From an uncultured delta proteobacterium (GTDB lineage Bacteria > Desulfobacterota > Desulfobacteria > Desulfobacterales > B30-G6): a DNA stretch of 64,000 bases. The stretch covers positions 105,044 through 169,043 of the forward strand of contig CAWGLD010000002.1 of NCBI GenBank assembly GCA_963823335.1, read 5' to 3'. Under the pieces are notes generated by a model. It ran no database searches, was not told the origin of the DNA, and saw only the letters and a program-made list of their open reading frames with translations. This document shows, one piece after another, positions 20,400-29,233 of the stretch; position 1 is the stretch's first letter; every line of letters begins with the position of its first letter. Made by a program: the position numbers and the translations under genes.

Positions 20400-21386
20400 A
20401 TGCTGCCCGATCACATAAAGTCTCCTGGAACACCGAATATCGGCGTGCTGATGAACCCCCTCAGCGGTGGAAATCTTAACGGTCTGGATTCAGTGCGGAG
20501 TGTTATCAACCAGAATCCGCAAGTGCTTCATCGTGATGTTCAGACACCCCAGGATGTTTTAGAAACCCTGTTGGATTTTGCCCGCCGGGATGTGAATTTA
20601 TTGGCGGTCAATGGTGGTGACGGTACAGTACAGGCGGTGCTGACCAACCTTTTTCTTCATCGCCCATTTAGCGTCATGCCGCTGCTTGCCGTCCTGCAAT
20701 CCGGCACAACCAGTATGACCGCCAGGGATGTGGGGTTTTCAGGATCACGGGCTAAATCTTTAAGGAAATTGTTTAAATGGGCCCACAGCGGCGAAGGTGA
20801 ACCAAAGGTAATTCAGCGCCCGGTTTTGCAAGTTCAAGCACCCGGCCATCCGACCTATTACGGTATGTTTTTTGGTGCTTCGGCCATCTACCAGGGGATT
20901 GAATACTTCCATCGCAAGGTAAATACGAAAGGACTGCGGGGTGAGCTGGGCCCCGGTATAACCATTTTCCGCTTTCTGTGGTCTGCACTCCGACGACGCA
21001 GTGGCTTCATACCACCCATAAATGTGTCTGTCACGGTGGATGGCAAGCCGTCACAAAACTTCGATTCCTTTGTGGTTCTTGTCAGTTCTCTGGAACGGCT
21101 GTTCCTTGGAATTTACCCATACTGGGGTATGGAGTCAGGCCCGTTACATTACACTGCCGTTCGGGCGCATCCACGGCATCTGCTGATGGCGCTGCCAGGC
21201 TTGTTGCGTGGTCGTCGGGGTAAATTCGGCACCATTGAAAACGGCTATTACAGCCATAATGCCCATGAAATCAAGTTGAACCTCGACGGCGGTTTCACCC
21301 TGGATGGGCAGCTTTATACCCCTGAGAACCGGGAAAAACCCACCGTGGTGCGCTATGGCGGTGTGGCGAACTTTATACGGATTTAA
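20400..21386 (+). CDS. Diacylglycerol/sphingosine kinase family (ceramide kinase CpgB-like)
   Basis: NPLSG, NGGDGTV, GTTSMTARD and FTLDGQ motifs. Lies in the sphingolipid cluster. Confidence 0.85.
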   Translation: MLPDHIKSPGTPNIGVLMNPLSGGNLNGLDSVRSVINQNPQVLHRDVQTPQDVLETLLDFARRDVNLLAVNGGDGTVQAVLTNLFLHRPFSVMPLLAVLQSGTTSMTARDVGFSGSRAKSLRKLFKWAHSGEGEPKVIQRPVLQVQAPGHPTYYGMFFGASAIYQGIEYFHRKVNTKGLRGELGPGITIFRFLWSALRRRSGFIPPINVSVTVDGKPSQNFDSFVVLVSSLERLFLGIYPYWGMESGPLHYTAVRAHPRHLLMALPGLLRGRRGKFGTIENGYYSHNAHEIKLNLDGGFTLDGQLYTPENREKPTVVRYGGVANFIRI

Positions 21387-21390
21387 TGTT

Positions 21391-21495
21391 GACGGTTTCG
21401 TAAAAAGCCCAACTTCTGCGTTGCAGCTTGCTGCGAGGTTCTTCAATTTGAACTTATTACGAAACCGTCCAGTTCGGACTTTTTACGGGTTTATC
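21391..21495. mobile_element. 105-bp MITE with imperfect TIRs and a 6-bp target-site duplication AATGTT
   Basis: Ends GACGGTTTCGTAAAAAGCCC and GGACTTTTTACGGGTTTATC. AATGTT at 21385-21390 and 21496-21501. Confidence 0.75.
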
Positions 21496-21496
21496 A

Positions 21497-22453
21497 ATGT
21501 TGAAAATTCCCCCTCAATTGATCGACATCATCAGTCGTAAGACAGACCGCACAGCCTCGCCGGCGATCAATGTATTGATGGATGAAATCCTGGAACGCCA
21601 TGGTGAGTCCGCTAAGGCCATCCTGTTTTACGGCTCCTGTCTGCGCTCGGGGGACGACCTCGATGGACTGGTGGATCTCTATTTGCTGGTGGACGACTAC
21701 CGCAGGGCCTATAAAAGTCGTTTGCAGGCCGCTTTGAACGTGCTGCTGCCACCCAATGTTTACTACCTGGAGAAAAAATTCCAGGGTCACATGGTGCGGA
21801 CCAAGTATGCTGTCCTGTCCCTGGCGGATTTTCAAAAGGGAACGTCCATGGGCTGGTTTCATTCCTATCTGTGGGGCCGGTTCTGCCAGCCGACTGCTTT
21901 GCTGTTCGCGCGTAGCGACAAGGTGGCCCAGCTGGTATTCAAATGCTTTGCCCAGGCCGTTATGACATTTGTCCGGCGTGTGCTGCCGAGGATTTCGCCT
22001 GAATTTACCGCCCGGCAGCTGTGGGGCAGGGGTCTTAGCCTGTCCTATGGTGCCGAACTCCGATCGGAAAACCCGGAAAAGCAGGCCCGCCTCTTTGATG
22101 CCGCTGCAGCGTATTACGAGGAAATCACGGGTCTGGCAGTGGAAGCCCTTTCCTACCCCGTTCAAGTCCACAAAAGCGACGCTTTGCCACGCTACAGCGT
22201 GCACATTACAGCAGGAGAACGACACATCAGCCGACTGGCGTGGAAACTGCGATCATGGCAGGGCAAACTGCTTTCCATACTGAGACTCCTCAAAGCCACG
22301 GCCACCTTTGAAGGTGGCGTGGACTATATTCTGTGGAAGATCGAGCGTCACTCGGGGGTCACCGTCCATGTCGAGCCACGACTGAAACAACGCCCGTTAT
22401 TGGCCATGTGGGTGTTGGCTTGGCGGTTGTACCGCCAAGGTGGGTTTCGATAA
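21497..22453 (+). CDS. Nucleotidyltransferase-fold protein (Tam41-like cytidylyltransferase; CpgC-like)
   Basis: AILFYGSCLR...LVDLYLLVDDY pol-beta-type motif, LLPPNVYY and DYILWKIERHSG. Follows the CpgA-like and CpgB-like genes. Confidence 0.72.
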   Translation: MLKIPPQLIDIISRKTDRTASPAINVLMDEILERHGESAKAILFYGSCLRSGDDLDGLVDLYLLVDDYRRAYKSRLQAALNVLLPPNVYYLEKKFQGHMVRTKYAVLSLADFQKGTSMGWFHSYLWGRFCQPTALLFARSDKVAQLVFKCFAQAVMTFVRRVLPRISPEFTARQLWGRGLSLSYGAELRSENPEKQARLFDAAAAYYEEITGLAVEALSYPVQVHKSDALPRYSVHITAGERHISRLAWKLRSWQGKLLSILRLLKATATFEGGVDYILWKIERHSGVTVHVEPRLKQRPLLAMWVLAWRLYRQGGFR

Positions 22454-22621
22454 AAGCCCTCTCAAAATAGTATCTTGCATCAATCTCTGTGTTGGGATCA
22501 CGCTTCAACTCCTCAAAATACTGCAGTATTCACCCCAAGGGCACTTCCTGCTGGCGCCTGCGGGTTGAAACGATCGCCCGCCTTGATGTTGACCCAAAAC
22601 CCTATTCTGAGAAGGCTTTTA
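22451..22621 (-). mobile_element. TA-flanked MITE, family D, diverged inverted copy with a small insertion
   Basis: TAAAAGCCCTCTCAAAA...TTCTGAGAAGGCTTTTA. Interior matches the reverse complement of 40512-40657. Confidence 0.72.
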
Positions 22622-22641
22622 GTATTTTAGTAAATAAAAAA

Positions 22642-23130
22642 GGATCATCTCCAAAAGAGTTGATCTAAAAGAAGGATTCCAGGATTCCAGGATTCCAGGA
22701 TTCAAGTGATATGCTTAAAAATTATAAAGAGTTAAACGTTTGGCAGAAATCGTACGCCCTTTGTTTGCATATTTATAAAATCACGAAAGGTTTTCCAAAG
22801 GATGAAATATATGGTTTGACCTCCCAAATCAGAAGATCTGCTGTTTCCATACCATCGAATATCGCCGAGGGATACGGGAGAAAAACGACCATAGAGTATG
22901 TGAGGTTTCTTTATATAGCATATGGCTCAGTCTGTGAATTGGAAACCCAAATCATGATATCTGGTGACTTGAGTTATGTGGAAAAAGAGAGCCTTGGGAA
23001 ATTAAAAGGGGAGCTAGGGGATATAGAGAGAATGCTGAAAGCGTTAATCAAATCCCTGGAAAACAAACACTTGGATCCTTGAATCCTAGACTCCTAGAAC
23101 CCTTTCTCCCAACTGATTGGGAGAAGAGCC
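22642..23130 (+). mobile_element. Non-autonomous cassette carrying a four-helix-bundle gene; 21-bp imperfect TIRs, 8-bp TSD ATAAAAAA
   Basis: Left end GGATCATCTCCAAAAGAGTTG versus right-end reverse complement GGCTCTTCTCCCAATCAGTTG (16/21). ATAAAAAA at 22634-22641 and 23131-23138. Internal GGATTCCA octamer repeats. Confidence 0.8.
22711..23082 (+). CDS. Four helix bundle protein (23S rRNA IVP / bAvd-like family)
   Basis: YKELNVWQKS, FPKDEIYGLTSQIRRSAVSIPSNIAEGYGR and FLYIAYGSVCELETQ motifs. Confidence 0.93.
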   Translation: MLKNYKELNVWQKSYALCLHIYKITKGFPKDEIYGLTSQIRRSAVSIPSNIAEGYGRKTTIEYVRFLYIAYGSVCELETQIMISGDLSYVEKESLGKLKGELGDIERMLKALIKSLENKHLDP

Positions 23131-23152
23131 ATAAAAAATTCAAATTTATCTC

Positions 23153-23188
23153 TTGACAAACCAGTTTATTTGGGAATATAATCCCAAA
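23153..23188 (+). promoter_or_regulatory. Sigma70-type promoter with an overlapping palindromic operator
   Basis: TTGACA (23153) - 18 nt - TATAAT (23177). Inverted repeat TTTGGGA-N6-TCCCAAA (23169-23188) spans the -10 box. Confidence 0.7.
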
Positions 23189-23236
23189 AAAATGTGTTTT
23201 CTATTTGTCTCTATTCAATACGTGTGACGGAAATCC

Positions 23237-24064
23237 ATGAACCAAAAACACTTAAAACATTTGTCTGCAGCGGTCCTCAGACTGCTACGGCCGCTGGTGC
23301 GGATACTCCTTAGAAATGGGGTCTCCTACAGCACTTTTGCAGATTTTGCAAAATGGATCTACGTTGATGTGGCCAGTACGGAATTCGGCATCGAAGGCCG
23401 CAAGCAGACCACTTCACGGGTTTCGGTTATCACCGGGTTGTCCCGCAAGGAGGTCGTGCGGGTGCGGCAGTTGCCAAGACCGGATGATAGTGAAACCGCT
23501 GAAAAGTACAACCGTGCTGCCCGGGTAATTGCTGCCTGGCGGCGTGATAAGAAATATCTAGATCCTGAGGGAGCGCCGGCGCCCCTGCCAATGGCCGGTT
23601 CCGATGTATCCTTCACGGAGCTGGTAAAGCGTTTCAGCGGTGACGTGCCGGTACGGGCAACCCTGGATGAACTGGTACGTGTGGGTGCGGTCAAACGCCT
23701 GGAAGACGGCAGCGTTTGCCTGCTCACCCGGACCTACGTCCCCGCGCACAGCGATGCCGACAAACTCCACATTCTGGGAACCGATGTGGCCCTTCTTATC
23801 TCCACCATAGACCATAATTTGAACCCCGGTCCGACCGGGCCGTTTTATCAGCGCAAGGTCGCATACGACAATCTTCCCGATGAGGTTTTGCCGGAATTTC
23901 GGAAGTATTCCGCGAAAAAGGCGCAGTCATACCTGGAAAACCTGGACCGCTGGCTATCGCGGCACGATCGAGACGACACCCCCCTGGTTAAAGGTACCGG
24001 ACGAAATCAGGCCGGCATCGGCATATATTATTTTGAAGAACCCTGCTCGATCGAGGAAAAATGA
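23237..24064 (+). CDS. DUF6502-like protein with an HTH-like segment
   Basis: LLRPLVRILLRNGVSY, SRVSVITGLSRKEV and FYQRKVAYDNL. Directly upstream of a DUF5666-like gene, the usual context as recalled. Confidence 0.75.
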   Translation: MNQKHLKHLSAAVLRLLRPLVRILLRNGVSYSTFADFAKWIYVDVASTEFGIEGRKQTTSRVSVITGLSRKEVVRVRQLPRPDDSETAEKYNRAARVIAAWRRDKKYLDPEGAPAPLPMAGSDVSFTELVKRFSGDVPVRATLDELVRVGAVKRLEDGSVCLLTRTYVPAHSDADKLHILGTDVALLISTIDHNLNPGPTGPFYQRKVAYDNLPDEVLPEFRKYSAKKAQSYLENLDRWLSRHDRDDTPLVKGTGRNQAGIGIYYFEEPCSIEEK

Positions 24065-24065
24065 G

Positions 24066-25266
24066 ATGAAAACATATCCCTTAATAAAACTACTGATCGC
24101 ACTTTTTTACGTTTTGTTGTTGTTTTCCTGCGGCGGCAGCGGCGGGCCCAGCACCGGTGGCGGCATCGGCGGCACCGGAATTATCAGCAGCGGAACGGTT
24201 TCAGCGTACGGCAGTATTTTTGTCAATGGTACCGAGTTCGACACCAGTGATGCCGTCATCATCGTCAATGGTGAAAACGTCGGCACGGGTGATCAAATTG
24301 CGCGGGATTATCTGGATATCGGAAAGGTGGTGCTGGTGGAGGGTACGGGCGACATGGACGACTATCACTTGCCGTGGCGAATCGCGTGACATACACTGAC
24401 AATGTCGCAGGACCCGTCGAAAGCATTGTTGATGTCGACGCCACAAGCAAGGAGATCGTGGTTCTGGGTCAGAGCGTCATCCTGAATGTTCTTACAAAGT
24501 TTAAAGAAGACTGCCTTTGACACCATTGCCCAGGACGACCTGGTGGCAGTCAGCGGTCTGGTGGATGACACGGGTGCGATTCGGGCCACTTTCATCGAAA
24601 AAACCGGTGAGTTCATGCCGGGTAATATCGTCGGGGTTACCGGTTTTGTCGTCAACCTGGATCGAAACCTGCAAACTTTCCAGATCAACAATCTCACCGT
24701 GGACTATTCGGGGATCGATCCAGGCGACCTGCCGGAAGCCTTGTCAGAAGACCTTTGGGTGGAAGTGGAGGGTACCCTCGATGCTGCCGGTGGAGAAATG
24801 ACGTGCAACCTCAATCGAACCCGGGGATGAGATCGATGACGCGGATCAGATCGAAGTGCTCGGTTTTGTCACATACGTTGAATCGGTTATCGAGTTCATC
24901 GTGGGCAATCAGAGAGGTGCAAGTCGATGCAAACACCGAATTCGTGGACGGGGATCCAACGGATATTGTCATCGGGGCAAAGCTCGAAGCCGAGGGCTAC
25001 CTGGAGGGCGGCATTCTGTTTGCCGATGAAGTTGAATTCTGGGATCCGGATCAGATCGAGGTGGAAGGTGTGGTTACGGACATCGCTTCAGACTCGGAAT
25101 TTACCCTGGATGGACAGCACAGGTGGTGCAAACGGATGCGGGGACGGTATTTGAACCGGAGGACCTGGATATTGAAGTGGGTATGATGATCGAGGTCAAA
25201 GGCGTCCCGATGGATATCGCGTACAGCGTGATCGTTGCCGACAAGGTATCGCTTGAGGAAGACTAG
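24066..25266 (+). pseudogene. DUF5666-like repeat lipoprotein broken by several frameshifts (real or sequencing error)
   Basis: Lipobox LLFSC, GGGIGGTG, G.VSAYGSIFVNG, then repeated V.V.G units spread over ORFs 23880, 24486 and 24755. Ends at EED-TAG 25266. Confidence 0.7.
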
Positions 25267-25362
25267 ATGGACGGGTGAAGCGAGGAATCGTCAAACAACC
25301 ATTGAGGATTGGAGTTATGCTGAACAACATCGGAAAATTACGGCAATCTGCCGATAATATAT

Positions 25363-25440
25363 AAAAAAAGCCAGGCACGAGACTTTGGCGGGTCGGAGTG
25401 CCTGGCCGGGAAACCTGAGGGCCTTTCGGCGCACTCAAGT
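25363..25440 (-). ncRNA. Candidate ~80-nt small RNA with its own promoter and terminator
   Basis: Minus-strand TTGACA(25475-25470)-17-TATATT(25452-25447), GCC-GAAA-GGC hairpin, and a GCCAGGCAC/GTGCCTGGC stem followed by U7. Confidence 0.45.
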
Positions 25441-25478
25441 ATTGTTAATATATCAATACAATCAAGATGTGTCAACGG

Positions 25479-25510
25479 GCTCTCCCCTACAGGACGGAGA
25501 GCACTTTTTT
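25479..25510 (+). terminator. Intrinsic terminator-like hairpin, unit 1
   Basis: GCTCTCC-N10-GGAGAGC-AC-TTTTTT. Confidence 0.55.
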
Positions 25511-25616
25511 ATGCCGAAAGACAGTGGCCTCAGGTGTGCCTGGCTTGGAAAACCTGAGGGCCTTGCGGCCGCTAAGTGCGTTAATAATATATCAAAGCAT
25601 TTGCACGTGTCAAGGG

Positions 25617-25647
25617 GCTCTCCAGAATCATCCGGAGGGCTTTTTTT
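25617..25647 (+). terminator. Intrinsic terminator-like hairpin, unit 2, 27 nt before the next ATG
   Basis: GCTCTCC-N10-GGAGGGC-TTTTTTT. Confidence 0.6.
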
Positions 25648-25674
25648 GTTCCCGGAAGAAGAAGGGAGGCCATT

Positions 25675-26784
25675 ATGTTGACATCAACCATCAGTAGGAA
25701 ATCGAAAAAGGCGACCTTAAAAACGGCCGTTGCAATATTGGCGGTATTGTTTCTTGCCATCCCCGGTATGGGCCTGCTCTCTATCGACCTCAGTCAGGCA
25801 GGTGGTCGATCAGTGGAGAAACCCCAATCTTTGTTCTCAGACTGCAAAGGCCGCTTTCAGAGCCGGTTGGAATGAGATCAAAGACGATTACTGGATTGCG
25901 GTCGGCAACTGCAACAATGTGTCCGATGCCGGAGACCGGGCCGAGTGTATGGAAGACGCCAAGGCTGAATACAAGGAGGCAAAAGAACTTACCTGGGATC
26001 AACGGGAAGCGCGTCTGGAACTTTGCGAAGACCTGGGCGAAGCAGCCTATGACCCTGAACTCGATCCGAGGACTTTCTTGTTCCAGGCGACTATTGCACG
26101 TCGACAAATGCCAATCCATACTTCCCATTAGTTCAGGGAACCAAATGGATCTATTATGCATATGACGAAGATGGCGAGCTTGCTGAAAGAATTACGGTAA
26201 GGGTGATGTACGATATCAAGACCATCGAGTACCCGGAAGAATCCGGAAAATATGTTCGAATGCACCGTTGTCAACGATCTGGTCGAAGAGTGGAAGATGA
26301 TGACCTGGAGTGATTGGTTTACGATTGAAGACACCGATGACTGGTACATTCAGCATAAGAGCACCGGTGACGTCCTGTACATGGGTGAAATTGCCCGGGA
26401 TTACGAGCTGGATCTGGATGAGAACGCCGGAACTCGTGGAAATCGAGGGTTCCTGGAAAGCCGGCCGGGACGCTGACAAGCCCGGAGTTCTGATGTATGG
26501 AGCCCGATCCCACCGACGAAGATCAGGCAAAATCCCTACCGTCAGGAATTCTCTCTCGGTAATGCCGAGGATATCGGCGAAGTGATCAGTCTGGGTGATG
26601 GAAGAGGTGACGGTTCCTTATAACGGTGATACTACTATCAAGGACAGACGTTTTGAAAACCAAAGATTGGACACCAATAGAACCCGATGTTTATGAACTC
26701 AAGTACTATGCTCCCGGAATCGGCATGATCAAAGAAATAAATCCCGATACCGGTGAATATGTAGAACTCGATGAAATGGATTAA
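25675..26784 (+). pseudogene. Secreted hypothetical protein (DW..Q...G.V.Y.GE / KYYAPG family), frameshifted
   Basis: RBS GGAGG and signal peptide. Fragments read DDWYIQH..GDVLYMGEIARDYE, GSWKAGRD..PGVLM and LKTKDWTPIEPDVYELKYYAPGIGMIKE. Stop TAA at 26782-26784. Confidence 0.6.
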
Positions 26785-26930
26785 TCCCAATCTCCTCCTA
26801 AGGAGCAGGGCCGTATTGCAGCAATGCGTGCGGAACCGCAGCCTGTACACCATGGGTGCCTGCACCCATGATGTACAGGGTCCAAGATTTGCCAGGTGGT
26901 TTAAAAATGAACTATCAATAAGGGTATCGC

Positions 26931-27821
26931 ATGCTGCAGTTAAATAATTTTCAGTTGTCACAAATGTACGATGAATATCCGGTCAATCCGCGGGCGGTCA
27001 CGGAAAGCCTCGCCCGGATGGGAAGCGGTTCCTGTTCCGAGCTTTTGTCTGAGCTCCCCTCCTGGTTGCAGGACTACCGGCCGATCAATTTGTTGGATTT
27101 GTCAAAGGCCAAACTGATGCATCGTGTTGACACCAAATACATATTGCCCCTTTCACACCTTTCTGAAGTGCTGGAAAAGCTCAAACCGTATTATTCAGTT
27201 ATGGAAATCGAGGGGCATCGCATATTCAGCTACCAGACGACCTATTTTGACACCAGCGATCTACGATTTTACCACATGCACCACAACGGCGCGCGTCCAC
27301 GGTTTAAGGTTCGCCACCGCAGATATGTAGAGACCGACACATCTTATCTGGAGTTCAAGGTCAAGAACAATAAAAACAAAACCAGTAAAAAGAGAATCAA
27401 AGCCAGTCAACACCATGCAGATACAAAAGAAATACAAAAGTTTTCCAGTCAACATCTACCCGCAGCTATACAAAACATCTCACCTTCTTTGCAGGTGAAC
27501 TTTAATCGGATTACGTTGGTCAATGAATCATCTGCCGAGAGGCTCACGCTGGATACCTGTGTCCAGTTCCAGCTGCCGCACGGAAACTCGTCACTGAGGC
27601 TGTCTCCCGTTGTTATCGCAGAGCTCAAAAAAGATCGTGAATGCAAACCCGGTTCACCCTTTGCATCTCTTTTGCGTAGACTCAAGGTCCAGTCAAGTTC
27701 ATTCAGTAAATACTGTGTTGGCTGCGGCCTGCTCTACCAGGACAAGGTTAAAGCAAACATGTTTAAACCCATCTTCATGAAACTTCATAAAATATACCGG
27801 AAGGAGCAACCAGCGCTATGA
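26931..27821 (+). CDS. VTC (polyphosphate polymerase) domain protein
   Basis: LMHRVDTKY, TTYFDT, RFKVRHRRY, YLEFKVK, ERLTLD, IAELK and FSKYC motifs. Confidence 0.85.
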   Translation: MLQLNNFQLSQMYDEYPVNPRAVTESLARMGSGSCSELLSELPSWLQDYRPINLLDLSKAKLMHRVDTKYILPLSHLSEVLEKLKPYYSVMEIEGHRIFSYQTTYFDTSDLRFYHMHHNGARPRFKVRHRRYVETDTSYLEFKVKNNKNKTSKKRIKASQHHADTKEIQKFSSQHLPAAIQNISPSLQVNFNRITLVNESSAERLTLDTCVQFQLPHGNSSLRLSPVVIAELKKDRECKPGSPFASLLRRLKVQSSSFSKYCVGCGLLYQDKVKANMFKPIFMKLHKIYRKEQPAL

Positions 27822-27915
27822 TAACCACGTTGACCACTAGTTTCGTACTTCGTCTGTTGATCAACACCCTGTCACTTTTCGTGCTTGTGCGGTTCTGTTA
27901 TTTCCGCCGAACCGG
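27818..27915 (+). pseudogene. 5-prime fragment of a DUF4956-like membrane protein
   Basis: ATGA overlap with the VTC stop. MITTLTTSFVLRLLINTLSLFVLVRFCYFRR is followed by an abrupt switch to unrelated coding sequence. Confidence 0.5.
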
Positions 27916-27919
27916 TTGG

Positions 27920-28463
27920 GGCCGGCTGCTGGCCAGGGACTTACGGAACTGTTTGAGAGTGCCGAGCCAGATTTCGACGAACTGGCGCTGAAAGTTTTTT
28001 CTCCGATCTCCAGAGGGTGAATACGAAAGAGGGTTCACTGGACTGGGAGCTCTGAAAGCACGGATAGCTCACCCATCTGCTCCCGGCCCCCCCGGGCGGA
28101 ATTGAGATTTCGGGTGAGCCGGTGGATCTCGATGCGATCGATTGCGAAGGCGAAGATGGATTCGTTCCTGTAATTCCTACGCCGATCATCATCAGTTGGG
28201 ATCCGGTGAACCTCTCACACCCGGATCTAGGTCGCACCGATGAGCCAATCACGGTGGTGAATTACCAGGTTGTGGTGGAAGTAGAAGTGGACGAGACGGA
28301 AATGATCTACAGTGTCCATCTGCCGCCGGATGTGACGCAGGTCTGGTGCCCGCCAGAGTTTATCGCACTGGGCGACGAGTTCAAGTTCGAAATCCTGGTG
28401 AGAGAGCAAAGCGGCAACCAGACAGCTGTTGAAAGCTGCTTCACGGTTGAAGTTATAGATTAA
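27920..28463 (+). pseudogene. 3-prime part of a secreted hypothetical protein (GLTELF.ESAEP...REQSGNQTAVESCF)
   Basis: Intact C-terminal ORF 28122-28463 with frameshifted upstream remnants. No start or signal peptide. Confidence 0.5.
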
Positions 28464-29102
28464 TTGCTTGGGAGCCATGGAGACTCGCTTTGCCTTTACT
28501 CAAAAGCGATCAAAAAAGGTGAAGGGTATTCATCGTCCAGGGTCTCGAACATCGAATGATTTCAAAACCAGATGAAAAGGAGGCAATCATGAAACCACAC
28601 AAATTCATATTGACGACAGTGTTGGCTGTTTTTCTCATTTTCAGTTTTTCTGGGATGCAATAGCGGCGGCGGCGGGGGCGGCGGTGACGACGAAACCTGT
28701 CCGGAACCCACCCTGGATATTTCGGTGTGCGATCCTGAGGGCAGGGACATAGTCAATACTGTTCAAAAAATTGAACTGAATTAGACAGCTGTTGAAAGCT
28801 GCTTCACGGTTGAAGTTATAGATTAATTGCTTGGGAGCCATGGAGACTTGCTTTGCATTTACTCAAAAGCGATCAAAAAAGGTGAAGGGATCTCCAGGGT
28901 CCATGAATATTTCAAAACAAAGGAGGCAATCATGAAACCATACAAATACATATTCACTGCACAGTGCTGGCTGGACTTCTTTTTCGAGAATTCGGGCAAT
29001 GACAATAACGGAGGCGGTCATAAGGGGACGGCGGTGAGCGAAACCGAACCGACCTGGATATTTCGGTGTGCGATCCTGAGGGCAGGGACATAGCTCAATA
29101 CT
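28420..29102 (+). repeat. Imperfect tandem duplication (28420-28760 and 28783-29102)
   Basis: Both copies begin AGACAGCTGTTGAAAGCTGC, contain AAGGAGGCAATCATGAAACCA and end GATCCTGAGGGCAGGGACATAG.TCAATACT. Confidence 0.85.
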
Positions 29103-29233
29103 TTTCGACGAACATCGACAATGAATTCTTTCCGCTGAATTTACTCACGGAGCTGGTCTTGGAAGGGGAAGACGATGGCGAAACCGTCCTTGTCGAGATC
29201 ACGGTCCCCGGTGATACCGAAAGGAGAAACATA

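Larger units (their letters stand above)
25398..25647. repeat. Two tandem homologous ~112-bp non-coding units (25398-25510, 25536-25647)
   Basis: Shared GTGCCTGGC..GGAAA(A)CCTGAGGGCCTT.CGGC...AATATATCAA...GTGTCAA.GGGCTCTCC...GGAG.GC plus a T-run. Confidence 0.8.

Noticed and set aside
22711-23082. Diversity-generating retroelement suggested by the Avd-like protein
   Set aside because: No reverse transcriptase and no TR/VR pair with adenine-specific mismatches in the window.
25370-25647. Known riboswitch (c-di-GMP, c-di-AMP, TPP, glycine, cobalamin) or type I toxin-antitoxin locus
   Set aside because: Consensus motifs could not be matched by eye and no small hydrophobic toxin ORF was found; kept as an unknown candidate.
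28420-29102. Duplication as a DGR template/variable repeat
   Set aside because: Differences are mostly indels rather than A-to-N substitutions, and the repeat spans an intergenic region.
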